NCBI GenBank assembly: GCA_965261735.1
Contig: OZ253470.1
Location: forward strand, 3,840,001-3,904,000
Reading direction: 5' to 3'
Origin: Alphaproteobacteria bacterium
Lineage (GTDB): Bacteria > Pseudomonadota > Alphaproteobacteria > SHVV01
DNA: 64,000 bases
A program made the position numbers and the translations under genes. Every line of letters begins with the position of its first letter. The stretch's first letter is position 1. This document shows positions 44,958-54,768 of this stretch, in pieces. The notes beneath the pieces were generated by a model, which was given only the letters and a program-made list of their open reading frames with translations, ran no database searches and had not been told where the DNA came from.

Positions 44958-44958
44958 G
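43876..44958 (+). CDS. IS630 transposase
   Basis: SVDEKSQIQAL, YKRHGT, ILDNY..HK, SWLNAVEGFF. Confidence 0.94.
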   Translation: MRTGIHFTVTSGDRQRLQAIVADPKSSQKHVWRARIILKSDEGLGNSSIMAETGKSKTCVWRWQERFMHEGVNGLLRDRSRPPGKAPIPPERVAEIVRLTQQAPPHEATHWTLRAMAKVAGVAASTVQSIWKAHGLSPHRWRHFKLSNDPAFAEKLTDIVGLYVDPPAHAVVLSVDEKSQIQALDRTQPGLPMKKGRAGTMTYDYKRHGTTTLFAALNVLDGTVIAQNMQRHRHQEFIRFLNRIEREVPTDKAVHVILDNYAAHKKDKVRAWLARHPRWTFHFTPTSCSWLNAVEGFFAKLTRRRLKYGVFQSVVDLQAAINRFVREYNDANPKPFIWKADPDHIIAARNRGFQTLESIH

Positions 44959-45068
44959 GCGGAGCTTGCCTCGCCCCGGCCCGCCATGGCACAACAACGG
45001 GCACCCGGGCGGGCCGGCTCGGCTATTGCCGGCCAAGCCGGCCCGGTTTCGCCTCTCCAGGGGTCGCC

Positions 45069-45974
45069 ATGCCGTATCTGGTCCGTAAGGCCGTTTTTCC
45101 CGTTGGCGGGCTCGGTACCCGCTTCCTGCCGGCGACCAAGGCGATGCCCAAGGAGATGCTTCCCGTCGTCGACAAGCCGCTGATCCACTACGCCGTCGAC
45201 GAGGCGCGCGCCGCCGGCATAGAGGAGCTGATCTTCGTGACCGGGCGCGGCAAGAGCGCGATCGAGGACCACTTCGATCATTCCTACGAGCTCCAGGACC
45301 AATTGGCGGCGAAGGATCGCGCCGAGGCCCTCGAATCGGTTCGCGAATGGCTGCCACCCGCGGGCCAGGTCGCCTATACCCGGCAGCAGGAACCCCTTGG
45401 CCTCGGGCACGCGGTTTGGTGCGCCCGCCGGCTCGTCGGCGACGAGCCCTTTGCGGTGCTTCTCGCCGACGACCTCGTGCTGGCCGAAACCCCGTGCCTG
45501 AAGCAGATGGTCGACGCCTACGCAGACTTGGGCGGCAATCTCGTGGCGGCCCTGGATGTGCCGCGCGAACACGTGTCGCGCTACGGCATCGTCGATTGCG
45601 GGGATACCGAGGGTCAATGTGCCGAGGTGCGGGGATTGGTCGAGAAGCCGGCCCCGGAGCAGGCTCCGTCCACACTCGCGGTCATCGGCCGCTACATCCT
45701 GCAACCCGAGGTCTTTACCTTTTTGGACCGCATGCAAAGCGGTGCTGGCGGCGAGATCCAGCTCACCGACGCCCTGGCGTGGATGGTCGGCCAGGGTCCG
45801 TTTCATGCTTTTCGTTTCGAGGGTCGGCGATTCGATTGCGGCGACAAGGGCGGTTTCCTTCAAGCGAACATCGCCTACGCGCTGAGCCGAGACGATCTTC
45901 GACCCGATCTCGAGGCCTATCTTCGGGAGGTGCTCGGCGACGACGGTTCCGTCGGCCAGGCCGCCGCCCGCTAG
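45069..45974 (+). CDS. galU: UTP-glucose-1-phosphate uridylyltransferase
   Basis: GLGTRFLPATKAMPKEML, LGLGHAV, VEKP, GEIQLTDA. Confidence 0.95.
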   Translation: MPYLVRKAVFPVGGLGTRFLPATKAMPKEMLPVVDKPLIHYAVDEARAAGIEELIFVTGRGKSAIEDHFDHSYELQDQLAAKDRAEALESVREWLPPAGQVAYTRQQEPLGLGHAVWCARRLVGDEPFAVLLADDLVLAETPCLKQMVDAYADLGGNLVAALDVPREHVSRYGIVDCGDTEGQCAEVRGLVEKPAPEQAPSTLAVIGRYILQPEVFTFLDRMQSGAGGEIQLTDALAWMVGQGPFHAFRFEGRRFDCGDKGGFLQANIAYALSRDDLRPDLEAYLREVLGDDGSVGQAAAR

Positions 45975-46014
45975 GCGTCGATTCACGGTTCACCAGATTT
46001 AGGGAGCGGCCGCG

Positions 46015-47346
46015 ATGAGAATCGCGATGATCGGAACGGGTTATGTCGGGTTGGTGTCGGGCGCCTGCTTCTCGGAGTTCGGCGTCGACGTCATCTGCGT
46101 CGACAGTGACGCCGACAAGATCGAGCGCCTTGTACGCGGCGAGATTCCGATCTTCGAACCTGGCCTCGGTGCCCTGGTCGAAAGCAACGTCAAAGCCGGC
46201 CGGCTCAGCTTTTCCACCGATCTCAAGCAGGCGGTCGCCGCGTCGGACGTGGCGATGATCGCCGTCGGCACGCCGAGCCGGCGCGGTGACGGCCACGCCA
46301 ATCTGTCCTTCGTCTACGGTGTCGCCGAGGAGATTGCCGAGGCACTCGATGGCTACACCGTCGTGGTCGCGAAATCGACCGTGCCCGTCGGCACCGGGCG
46401 TAAGGTCGAGCGACTCATGCGTGCCAAGCGGGCGGACGCCGACTTCGACGTGGCCGCCAACCCCGAGTTCCTGCGCGAGGGCTCGGCGATCAACGACTTC
46501 ATGCGGCCCGATCGTGTCGTGGTCGGCGTCGAGTCGGAGCGCGCCCAAGGCGTCTTGCGGGCGATCTATCGGCCGTTGTTCCTCAATGAAACGCCGGTCC
46601 TTTTCACCAGCCTCGAGACCGCGGAGCTCGTCAAGTACGCGGCCAACGCTTTCCTGGCGGCCAAGGTCACCTTCATCAACGAGATGTCCGATCTATGCGA
46701 GAAGGTCGGCGCCGACGTCCAGGTCGTGGCGCGCGGCATGGGGCTCGATGGCCGCATCGGCGCCAAGTTCCTCCACCCCGGCCCCGGCTTTGGCGGCAGC
46801 TGCTTCCCCAAGGACACGCTCGCGCTGGTGCGTATCGCGCAATCGAGCGGCGCGCCGAGCCGCATCATCGAGGCCGTGGTCGACGTCAACGAGGCACGAA
46901 AGAAGGCGATGGCGGAGCGCATCATCGCCGCGAGCGGGGGCTCGGTCGCCGGCAAGACGGTCGCCGTGCTCGGCCTGACGTTCAAGCCCAACACCGACGA
47001 CATGCGAGCCTCACCGAGCCTCGAGATCATACCGGCGCTCACCAGGGCGGGGGCCACGGTGCGCGTGTTCGATCCCGAGGGCATGGACGAGGCCCGGCGC
47101 TGGCTTGATGGCGTCGTCTGGTGCGAGGGGGCGTATGAAGCCGCCCACGGCGCGGATGCCCTCGCCATCGTGACGGAGTGGAACGAGTTTCGCGCCCTCG
47201 ACCTCGAGCGCCTGAGGAGCGACATGGCGCGGCCGCTGGTGGTCGACCTGCGCAATGTCTATGACCCGCGGGAAATGGCGGCCGCGGGGATCGAGTACGT
47301 CTCGCTCGGCCGCCCCGCGGCGGGCGTGGACCCCGGGCAGGCCTAG
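46015..47346 (+). CDS. ugd: UDP-glucose 6-dehydrogenase
   Basis: [32 protein letters not shown]. Confidence 0.95.
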   Translation: MRIAMIGTGYVGLVSGACFSEFGVDVICVDSDADKIERLVRGEIPIFEPGLGALVESNVKAGRLSFSTDLKQAVAASDVAMIAVGTPSRRGDGHANLSFVYGVAEEIAEALDGYTVVVAKSTVPVGTGRKVERLMRAKRADADFDVAANPEFLREGSAINDFMRPDRVVVGVESERAQGVLRAIYRPLFLNETPVLFTSLETAELVKYAANAFLAAKVTFINEMSDLCEKVGADVQVVARGMGLDGRIGAKFLHPGPGFGGSCFPKDTLALVRIAQSSGAPSRIIEAVVDVNEARKKAMAERIIAASGGSVAGKTVAVLGLTFKPNTDDMRASPSLEIIPALTRAGATVRVFDPEGMDEARRWLDGVVWCEGAYEAAHGADALAIVTEWNEFRALDLERLRSDMARPLVVDLRNVYDPREMAAAGIEYVSLGRPAAGVDPGQA

Positions 47347-47350
47347 GGGC

Positions 47351-48730
47351 ATGGCGCCGGGACATCGATTTCACCACACGATCCTGCGTGAATACGATAT
47401 CCGCGGCATCGTCGGCGAAACGTTGACCGAAGACGACGCGCGCGCCGTGGGCGCCGCCTTCGCGACGATAATCGCGCGCGGCGGCGGCCGGCGCATCTGC
47501 CTCGGCTACGACGGGAGGCTCCGCTCGCCGGTACTGGAAGCGGCGGCGGCCGAGGGTCTCGCGTCGGCAGGCATAGCGGTGGTGCGTGTCGGTCTCGGGC
47601 CGACGCCCATGCTCTATTTCGCGGTCCACACGCTGGGCGCCGACGGCGGCCTGATGGTCACGGGCTCCCACAACCCGCCCACACACAACGGCTTCAAGAT
47701 GATGCGCGGCAAGGCGGCGTTCTTCGGCCGTGACATAGCGGAGCTCGGCAGCCTCGCGGCAAAGGGGGACTACGGCGTCGGCCGTGGCAGCGTCGAAGAG
47801 GTCGCCGTGCTCGACGACTATGTCGCGCGGCTCAGAGCGGATTGCGCCGAGCTCGATTCGTTGGCTATCGGTTGGGATTCCGGCAACGGCGCTACCGGGC
47901 AAGCGGTGACCCGCCTCACCGCCGCGCTTGGCGGGCGCCATGTGCTCCTCAACGCGGAAATCGATGGCCTGTTCCCCGCCCACCATCCCGATCCGACGGT
48001 GCCGGATAACCTCGTTCAGCTTCAGGACATGGTCGCACGGGAGAAGCTGGATCTCGGCTTCGCCTTCGATGGCGACGGCGACCGCATCGGCGTGATCGAC
48101 GGGCTCGGGCGCATTCTCTGGGGCGACCAGCTCTTGGCCCTGCTGGCGCGTGACGTCCTCGGCCGCAACCCGGGCGCCACCATCATCGCCGACGTCAAGG
48201 CGAGCCAGGTCCTGTTCGACGAGATCGCACGCCTCGGCGGGGCACCCCTGATGTGGCACTCGGGCCACTCGTTGATCAAGAGCAAGATGGCCGAGGTCGG
48301 CGCGCCGCTGGCGGGTGAGATGAGTGGACACATCTTTTTCGCCGATGGCTATTACGGGTTCGACGACGCGCTCTATGCCGCCATCCGACTGATCAATGTC
48401 TTGGTCGGGTCGGGCTCGAGCCTTGCCGACCTGCACGATCAGCTCCCGGTCCTCGTCAACACGCCGGAGCTGCGGTTCCCGTGCTCCGAGGAGCGCAAGT
48501 TCGAGGTCGTCGCCGAGGTCGAGGGGCGATTGCGCGCGGCCGGCGCGGATCTCGTCGATATCGACGGTGTCCGTGTGACGACGCCGGACGGATGGTGGCT
48601 GTTGCGCGCCTCGAACACGCAGGCGGTTCTGGTGGCGCGCTGCGAAGGCCCCAACGAGGCGGCGTTGGCGCGCCTCAAGGAGAGCCTCGTCGGCGAACTC
48701 GCGGCGAGCGGTATCGATTCGCCGGTATAG
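47351..48730 (+). CDS. Phosphomannomutase/phosphoglucomutase
   Basis: YDIRG, TGSHNP, FDGDGDR, GEMSGH, RASNT. Confidence 0.94.
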   Translation: MAPGHRFHHTILREYDIRGIVGETLTEDDARAVGAAFATIIARGGGRRICLGYDGRLRSPVLEAAAAEGLASAGIAVVRVGLGPTPMLYFAVHTLGADGGLMVTGSHNPPTHNGFKMMRGKAAFFGRDIAELGSLAAKGDYGVGRGSVEEVAVLDDYVARLRADCAELDSLAIGWDSGNGATGQAVTRLTAALGGRHVLLNAEIDGLFPAHHPDPTVPDNLVQLQDMVAREKLDLGFAFDGDGDRIGVIDGLGRILWGDQLLALLARDVLGRNPGATIIADVKASQVLFDEIARLGGAPLMWHSGHSLIKSKMAEVGAPLAGEMSGHIFFADGYYGFDDALYAAIRLINVLVGSGSSLADLHDQLPVLVNTPELRFPCSEERKFEVVAEVEGRLRAAGADLVDIDGVRVTTPDGWWLLRASNTQAVLVARCEGPNEAALARLKESLVGELAASGIDSPV

Positions 48731-48757
48731 CCGGGGCCCATCGCCGCGGGCCGGCCC

Positions 48758-49663
48758 ATGAGATTCACCCCCAGCGGCGAGGTCGGCCGCGCGCTCGCAA
48801 CCGGCGCGCCCGTCGTGGCGCTCGAATCCTCTCTCATCGCTCACGGCTTCCCCGCGCTCGACAACCTGGCTGTCGGACGCGCTCTCGAGGCCGCAGTACG
48901 TGACGAGGGTGCCGTTCCGGCCACGATCGGGGTTATTGGGGGTGAGGTCCGGGTCGGCGTCACGGGCGAGGAGATGGCGCGGCTCGCCAGCGGCGGTGCG
49001 GCCAAGTGCGCGACCCGTGACCTCGCGCCTCTGTGTGCCGCCGGCGCCGATGGCGGTACCACCGTCGCCGCCACGGTCCGTATCGCCGCCGCCGCCGGTA
49101 TCGCCATCCTGGCGACGGGGGGAATCGGCGGTGTGCACCGCGGCTGGGCGAGATCCCACGACGTCTCGGCCGATGTCGTCGAGCTCGGCCGCCGCGGCGT
49201 CGCCGTGGTGTGTGCGGGGGCCAAGGCGCTGCTCGACTTGCCGGCGACGCTGGAGGCGCTCGAGACAGAGGGCGTCGCCGTTGTCGGATTCGGTTGCAGC
49301 GAATTCCCGGCCTTCTACAGCGCTGATAGCGGCCTCGCGCTCGCCCATGCCGTCGACGACGTGGACGGGCTTAAGCATCTTCTCTCGGCGCAGCGCGCGC
49401 TGTCCCTGACGAGTGGAGTGGTAATCTGCCAGCCGCCGCCGGCCGCGGCCGCGCTACCGGGGCGCGAGGTTGAAACCCTGGTCGAGGAGGCTCTCGCCGA
49501 GGCGGCGGCGCGAGGGGTGGGCGGCGGCGCCCTCACCCCCTACGTGTTGGCGGCGCTCGATCGCCTTTCGGGCGGGCGAACCGGGCTCTGCAACCGCGCG
49601 CTCCTCGAGGCCAACGCGCGCCTCGCCGCCCGCGTGGCCGTGGCCCTCGCGGTCAGTCCTTGA
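48758..49663 (+). CDS. psuG: Pseudouridine-5'-phosphate glycosidase
   Basis: VALESSLIAHG, TTVAAT, ATGGIGGVHRG, DVSAD, TLEALET. Confidence 0.9.
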   Translation: MRFTPSGEVGRALATGAPVVALESSLIAHGFPALDNLAVGRALEAAVRDEGAVPATIGVIGGEVRVGVTGEEMARLASGGAAKCATRDLAPLCAAGADGGTTVAATVRIAAAAGIAILATGGIGGVHRGWARSHDVSADVVELGRRGVAVVCAGAKALLDLPATLEALETEGVAVVGFGCSEFPAFYSADSGLALAHAVDDVDGLKHLLSAQRALSLTSGVVICQPPPAAAALPGREVETLVEEALAEAAARGVGGGALTPYVLAALDRLSGGRTGLCNRALLEANARLAARVAVALAVSP

Positions 49664-50498
49664 ACTCCCGTCGCCACCTAAACCAGCGCCGTTCGAGGAT
49701 TTCGAGTATGCCGTCCATCAGCGACAGCACGACGATCAGGACGAAGGTCCACACGATCAGTCCGGCCGTATCGAACAGCTGATTGGTGAGCATCATCTCG
49801 GCTCCGATGCCGGTGCCCGCGGCCAACGCCTCGGCGAACACGGCTATGCGGCCGGCAAAGCTGAGGCTGAGGCGCAGCGACGAGAAGATGAACGGCGTCG
49901 CCGCCGGCACGACGAGCAGTCTCAGCATGCCCCAGGGCGTTGGCCGCAACGCCTTGGTCATCTGATAGAGCTCGAAGGAGACCGCGCGGACCCCGTCGTA
50001 GGTATTCAGGGCCGTGATCGGGAAGGTGATGATGAACATGAAGAACCAAACGCGCAGCTCCATGTTGCGGAACCACAGCACGCCGAGGAGAACCCACGTC
50101 AGGGCCGGCACGCCCATGATCAGGCGAATGAACGGGCGCGCGAAGAACTGCACCGTGTTGGACATCGCCATCACCACGCCGACCGCGATCCCGAAGACCG
50201 CGGACACGGCGAAGCCCCCGAGAATCCGAATCAGGGTCTGCGTGATCGCGAGGTAGGTGCCCTCGAGGAGCATGACCTCCTGGAAGCGCTCGATCGCGAT
50301 GGGAATGGTGGGGAAGATGTAGGTCGGCAGGTAGGCGCCGCCGAACTGCCAGAACAGCAGGATGGCAATGATCGCGACGACGGTTCCGAACGACTCCCCC
50401 TTGAGGCCGAGCGCCCGGTACCAGGGGCGCCGCGCAGGCGCGAGCAGCTCGTCCGCAGTCTGACCGACTGCGGCGGTTTTGGTGATTTCAACGCTCAT
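49653..50498 (-). CDS. ABC transporter permease, NitT/TauT family
   Basis: About 6 TM; FPI..LNTYDGVRAV, AE...GIG. Confidence 0.88.
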   Translation of the reverse strand: MSVEITKTAAVGQTADELLAPARRPWYRALGLKGESFGTVVAIIAILLFWQFGGAYLPTYIFPTIPIAIERFQEVMLLEGTYLAITQTLIRILGGFAVSAVFGIAVGVVMAMSNTVQFFARPFIRLIMGVPALTWVLLGVLWFRNMELRVWFFMFIITFPITALNTYDGVRAVSFELYQMTKALRPTPWGMLRLLVVPAATPFIFSSLRLSLSFAGRIAVFAEALAAGTGIGAEMMLTNQLFDTAGLIVWTFVLIVVLSLMDGILEILERRWFRWRREFKD

Positions 50499-50525
50499 CG
50501 CGTGGCTCCGTTGTGATCCGCCGCC

Positions 50526-51308
50526 TCACTCGGTCGATTCGATGTCGATGTTGCGGAAGATTTCGTCGCGGATGTGCTCCCTCTGGACCATCCAGTCGTC
50601 CTGCGCCCGTATCTTTGTGAGCTCGTGCGTGGACAGCACCCGTGCCGGCTTTCCCAGTACGAGTATTCGGGTGCCCATCTCCAGGGCCTCTGTGATGTTG
50701 TGGGTGACGACGATGGCGGCGGTCCCGATCTCCGCGATCAACGACATGCAGTCGCGGCGCAGATTGTGTGCCGTGACCTCGTCGAGGTGCCCGAACGCCT
50801 CGTCGAGCAGGATCACGGCCGGATCCATGACGAAGGCGCGTGCGATCGCCACCCTCTGGCGCATGCCGCCTGACAGCTGGTGGGGGTAAGCCTCCTCCCA
50901 CCCGTCGAGGCCGACCTTCTTGAGCCAAACGCCGGCGCTGGCGTGGCGCTCGGCCTTATTCAAACCGCCGACCTCGAGGCCGATCGCCGCGTTGTCGATG
51001 ACGTTGCGCCACGGCAGCAGCCGGTCGGTCTGGAAGACCGCGGCAAGCTTGTTGCGCATTTGCATGAAGTCGTCCGAAGGCGACAGACCGTCGATCCGGA
51101 TCGTGCCCCGGGTCGGTGGATCGATCCCGAGCAGCATGTTGACGAGCGTCGATTTGCCACAGCCCGTCTTGCCGCAGATGCACACGACCTCGCCCTTGGC
51201 AACGGCGAACGAGACGTCGCGCACGGCGACGAACCGCTCGCCGTCAAGGCCCGAGTCGAAAACCTTAGCGACCGAATCGACCTCTACGACCGTGGTCATG
51301 TCCCTCAC
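50526..51308 (-). CDS. ABC transporter ATPase, NitT/TauT family
   Basis: GKTGCGKS, LLPWR, YPHQLSGGMRQRV, LLDEAF, VTH. Confidence 0.93.
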   Translation of the reverse strand: MRDMTTVVEVDSVAKVFDSGLDGERFVAVRDVSFAVAKGEVVCICGKTGCGKSTLVNMLLGIDPPTRGTIRIDGLSPSDDFMQMRNKLAAVFQTDRLLPWRNVIDNAAIGLEVGGLNKAERHASAGVWLKKVGLDGWEEAYPHQLSGGMRQRVAIARAFVMDPAVILLDEAFGHLDEVTAHNLRRDCMSLIAEIGTAAIVVTHNITEALEMGTRILVLGKPARVLSTHELTKIRAQDDWMVQREHIRDEIFRNIDIESTE

Positions 51309-51412
51309 TCCGTCGGCGGCCCATGCCGCTACCGCGGTCGGCGAGGAGAGCGGCCTACGATGATCGAGACCGTTCTCCCGCCGGTCGCGTGCCGGCGAAC
51401 CCGGAGCCCGGC

Positions 51413-52471
51413 CTACTCGATATGGAAGATACCGTCGTCCGGGATCTCTTTGATGAAGCCGATCTCCTTGTAGAGCTCGAACTCCTTCTTGAGTTGGGCC
51501 TTTATGTCCTGCACCGGGATGCCGTACCAGCGCATCTTGCGGCCGCGAAAACCGTCGCGGTATATGGCGTTGAAGACGGTCTCCTCGACGTTGGCGCCGC
51601 CCGACCCCTTACCGCCGGTGATCTTGGTCTTGGGCGCGAGGATAGCCTGCGCCCCATCGGGGTCGTTGTCGATGATGCTCTGGACGTCACGCATGGTGTC
51701 GAGCACGGCTTTGGCCTTGCCCGGGTTTTCCTTGAGCCAGTCGACGTGCACGGCGAAGACCAGGAGCATGTGGTCGACGCCCAGCATCCTGGCCACTTCC
51801 TTGTCGGGCCAGAATACCGGCTTGAACTCCCCCGGCGCCTCTTTCTCGAGCTTGGCCGAGTGCTCGGGCGTGGTCAGGACGGCGTCGAAGTCACCCCGCT
51901 CGAGCAGCTGGACCGCCTGGATGATATTGATGTTCTCGAGCTTCACGTCCTTTTCGGGCTCCAGGCCCGCGTTCTTCAACGCCGCGACCACATAGGCGTA
52001 GATGTAGGACCCTTTCGGTGTCCCGAGCGTCTTGCCCTTGAGGTCCTGGATCGTGTTGATGCCGCTGTCGGCGCGGGTCATGACCGGATAAGGAAACTCG
52101 AGCACGCCGCCGATGATGCGAATGGGTGTGCCCTTGTTGTAGTTGGCGGCGAGATAGTTCACGCCTGAGACGTGTAGGCCGTTGTAAACGTTGGTGTAGA
52201 AGTCGTTGAGGTAGGCGGCCGCCGTGGTCCGGATGTTCCAGTCGTGCTTCGAGCCGTACTTCTCGTCGAGCTTCTTGGCATGGATGATCGGGACCGGATG
52301 CGCGCTCATCGATGGCCCAGGAAAGCTCACCGTGCCGAGCATGGTGTCGGCGCTCGCGCCTGGCGCAACCAATGCCAGCGCGGCGAGCGCGCCAAAAGCG
52401 CCCAGCGCAAGATGACGCAGACTACGTTGCGACGGTTTTCCCTGCCGACTCCTCGTCAAGGAATGATTCAC
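51413..52471 (-). CDS. ABC substrate-binding protein (SsuA/THI5-like), paralog 1
   Basis: GTG start after GGAGG, signal peptide, DLKGKTLG. Confidence 0.85.
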   Translation of the reverse strand: MNHSLTRSRQGKPSQRSLRHLALGAFGALAALALVAPGASADTMLGTVSFPGPSMSAHPVPIIHAKKLDEKYGSKHDWNIRTTAAAYLNDFYTNVYNGLHVSGVNYLAANYNKGTPIRIIGGVLEFPYPVMTRADSGINTIQDLKGKTLGTPKGSYIYAYVVAALKNAGLEPEKDVKLENINIIQAVQLLERGDFDAVLTTPEHSAKLEKEAPGEFKPVFWPDKEVARMLGVDHMLLVFAVHVDWLKENPGKAKAVLDTMRDVQSIIDNDPDGAQAILAPKTKITGGKGSGGANVEETVFNAIYRDGFRGRKMRWYGIPVQDIKAQLKKEFELYKEIGFIKEIPDDGIFHIE

Positions 52472-52625
52472 AAAACCTCCCGTTTTGCTTTGTGGCTTCA
52501 CATATGACGCGGCCACGGCGACGCATCTACGGCGCCGCGCGTGGCGGCGGCGATTCATGCACGCGTCGCCATCGCCGTCAATCCTGCCGACTCAACCGGA
52601 ACGCCCCGAGACGGGCCGCGGGGGA

Positions 52626-52657
52626 GCGGAGACGCCGCAACCGTACGGCGCCTCCGC
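52626..52657. other. Intergenic hairpin just downstream of SBP paralog 2
   Basis: GCGGAGACGCCG / CGGCGCCTCCGC 12-bp stem with one mismatch. Confidence 0.45.
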
Positions 52658-52665
52658 GACCGAGG

Positions 52666-53703
52666 CTAGTTGAGGTGGAAGATGCCCTCGTCGGGGACCT
52701 TCTCGATGATCCCGAGGTCCTTGTAGATTTGGAACTCGGCCATGAATATGTCCTTGAGGTCCTTGGCCGGCACGGCAAACCAGCGCATCGTGCGTCCGGC
52801 GAAGCCATCCTTGTACATCGAGCGCACGACGTGCTCCTTGAGGCTGGCCCCGCCCGAGCCTTGGGCGCCCGTGATCTTGGTCTTGGGACCGAGGATCTTG
52901 ATGGCTTCCTCGATGTCGTTGTCGAGCAGGGCCTGAGCCTCCCTAACGGACTGCAGCACGCCCTTCACGACCTGCGGGTTTTTATCGATGAAATCGGCGC
53001 GCATGGCGGTCGCCTGATACATGCGGCCACGGCCGAGGATTTTGGCCACCTCGTCGTCGGGGAAGAACAGCACCCGGAACTTGCCGGGAGCCTTGCTGAA
53101 GAGGTCGATCGTCTGTCCGGTCAGCACTGTGGCGGCATCGTAGTCGCCGCGCTCGAGCAAGTTGATGGCCTGGATGATGTTGAGGTTGATGACCTTGACG
53201 TCCTTGTCGATATCCAGCCCATGGTGCTTGAGCACCAGCGTCAGGTAGGCCCAGATATACGAGACCTTGGGGAAGCCGACGGTCTTGCCGCGGAGGTCCG
53301 AGATCTTGTTGATGCCGCTGTCGGCCCGCACCACCACGGGCCATGGGTAGGCCGCGCTGCCGCTGACGATACGGATCGGCACGCCCTTGTTGTACTGTTT
53401 CGCCATGACGTCGAGGCCCGAGAACAGGATGCCGTTGTAGACGCCGGTGAAGAGGTCGTTATAGAACGCGGCGCCCGTGGTGCGGATCTGCCAGTCCAGC
53501 GAGTACCCGTTCTTTTTGTCGTAGCCCTTGGCGAGAATGATCGCGAGGGGGTGCGCACTGACAGAGGGTCCGGGAAAGCTCCCCGAACTGTAGGAAGTCT
53601 GGGCTTGGGCGACCGACGCCCCGAGGACCGCCGCGACGAGCGCGCCAATCCCGCCGAGCACCGCCGAACGCAGCCTCGGCGCACGTCCCGTTCTGTTAAA
53701 CAT
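52666..53703 (-). CDS. ABC substrate-binding protein (SsuA/THI5-like), paralog 2
   Basis: ATG after GGGAGG, signal peptide, DLRGKTVG; colinear with paralog 1. Confidence 0.85.
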   Translation of the reverse strand: MFNRTGRAPRLRSAVLGGIGALVAAVLGASVAQAQTSYSSGSFPGPSVSAHPLAIILAKGYDKKNGYSLDWQIRTTGAAFYNDLFTGVYNGILFSGLDVMAKQYNKGVPIRIVSGSAAYPWPVVVRADSGINKISDLRGKTVGFPKVSYIWAYLTLVLKHHGLDIDKDVKVINLNIIQAINLLERGDYDAATVLTGQTIDLFSKAPGKFRVLFFPDDEVAKILGRGRMYQATAMRADFIDKNPQVVKGVLQSVREAQALLDNDIEEAIKILGPKTKITGAQGSGGASLKEHVVRSMYKDGFAGRTMRWFAVPAKDLKDIFMAEFQIYKDLGIIEKVPDEGIFHLN

Positions 53704-53830
53704 AGGTACCCTCCCTATCCCGTGAAGTATGACGCGTGGCATCATGCTACAGTGACACTGCGATGCGCAACCGTGCGGCGGACCGTGCCAGCGCACCTAG
53801 GATCGATCGCGGGACCGCTCCAGCGCCCCC

Positions 53831-54691
53831 CTATCGCGCCTCGGAGGCCGTGCGCTCGGTATCGGCGCGGGGCGGCCAGATGAGCGGGAACTGGTCGTGA
53901 TCGGGGGGAAAGGGATCGCCGGGCTTGAGGCCGGGGTCGCGCAGCGGTTTCGGCCGCCCCGGGCCGCGCTCGGCGTAGGTCGCGTCGTCGCCCGCGAAAC
54001 GATAGATGATGGCGCGCCGCCGCCGGTCGCTTTGGTTGCCGGGCGCCGAGTGAATCGTGAGCAGATGGTTGACGATGCAATCGCCCGGCTCGGTGTCGAA
54101 GCCGACGATCCGGTACTGGTCGCGGGCCGCATCGAAGTCGGGCATCGGGTCGAAACCGTCGCTCAGCTCGTAGGCGTCGGAGCCATCGAAGGGCGCCGCC
54201 TCGAACCAGCGTCCCCATTTGTGCGAGCCCGTGACCCACTCCACGGCGCCGCTCTCCGCGGTGGCGGTGTCGAGCGAGAGCCACATACCGCAGGCCTGGG
54301 AGCCGTCGTACCAGTTGTAGGGTTGGTCGTGGTGCCACGGCGTCAGCGAGGGCGTGTGCGGCTCTTTGACCAGGATCAGGTCCGCCATCAGGTTGATGCG
54401 CGCCGAGCGCATACAGGCGGCGGCGATGGCGCCGCTCGGTGACTCGAGGGCGAGCGCCCGGAAATCCGCGTCCGCCATCCACAGGAAAATGTCGCGCTCG
54501 AAGCGGCCCGGCGTTCCCTCCGGATTGAGCAGCCGCCCCTCGGGCGTCGGCGACTCCAGGAGGCGGTCGAGCGCGGCGCGCATGCGCTCGACCCAGTCGG
54601 AGTCGAACATGCCGCGTAGGCAGACCACGCCGTCGCGCTCAAACGTCGCGATCTCGGCTTCGGTGATCGGGCTCGGCGGTAACCTGTTCAT
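53831..54691 (-). CDS. Phytanoyl-CoA dioxygenase (PhyH) family 2OG-Fe(II) oxygenase
   Basis: FERDGVV, PWHHDQ (HxD), distal H in TIHSAPGN, RRRA. Confidence 0.88.
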   Translation of the reverse strand: MNRLPPSPITEAEIATFERDGVVCLRGMFDSDWVERMRAALDRLLESPTPEGRLLNPEGTPGRFERDIFLWMADADFRALALESPSGAIAAACMRSARINLMADLILVKEPHTPSLTPWHHDQPYNWYDGSQACGMWLSLDTATAESGAVEWVTGSHKWGRWFEAAPFDGSDAYELSDGFDPMPDFDAARDQYRIVGFDTEPGDCIVNHLLTIHSAPGNQSDRRRRAIIYRFAGDDATYAERGPGRPKPLRDPGLKPGDPFPPDHDQFPLIWPPRADTERTASEAR

Positions 54692-54768
54692 GCTCGTCTC
54701 TGCCGCGCCTAAGGGTGCGCGAGCCCGATGGTATCAAGCCGGCCTCGCGAATGGCAACGCCGCCGTGC

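Noticed and set aside
45011-45050. GC hairpin upstream of galU
   Set aside because: Very short T tail; such stems are common at this GC content, so no function can be assigned.
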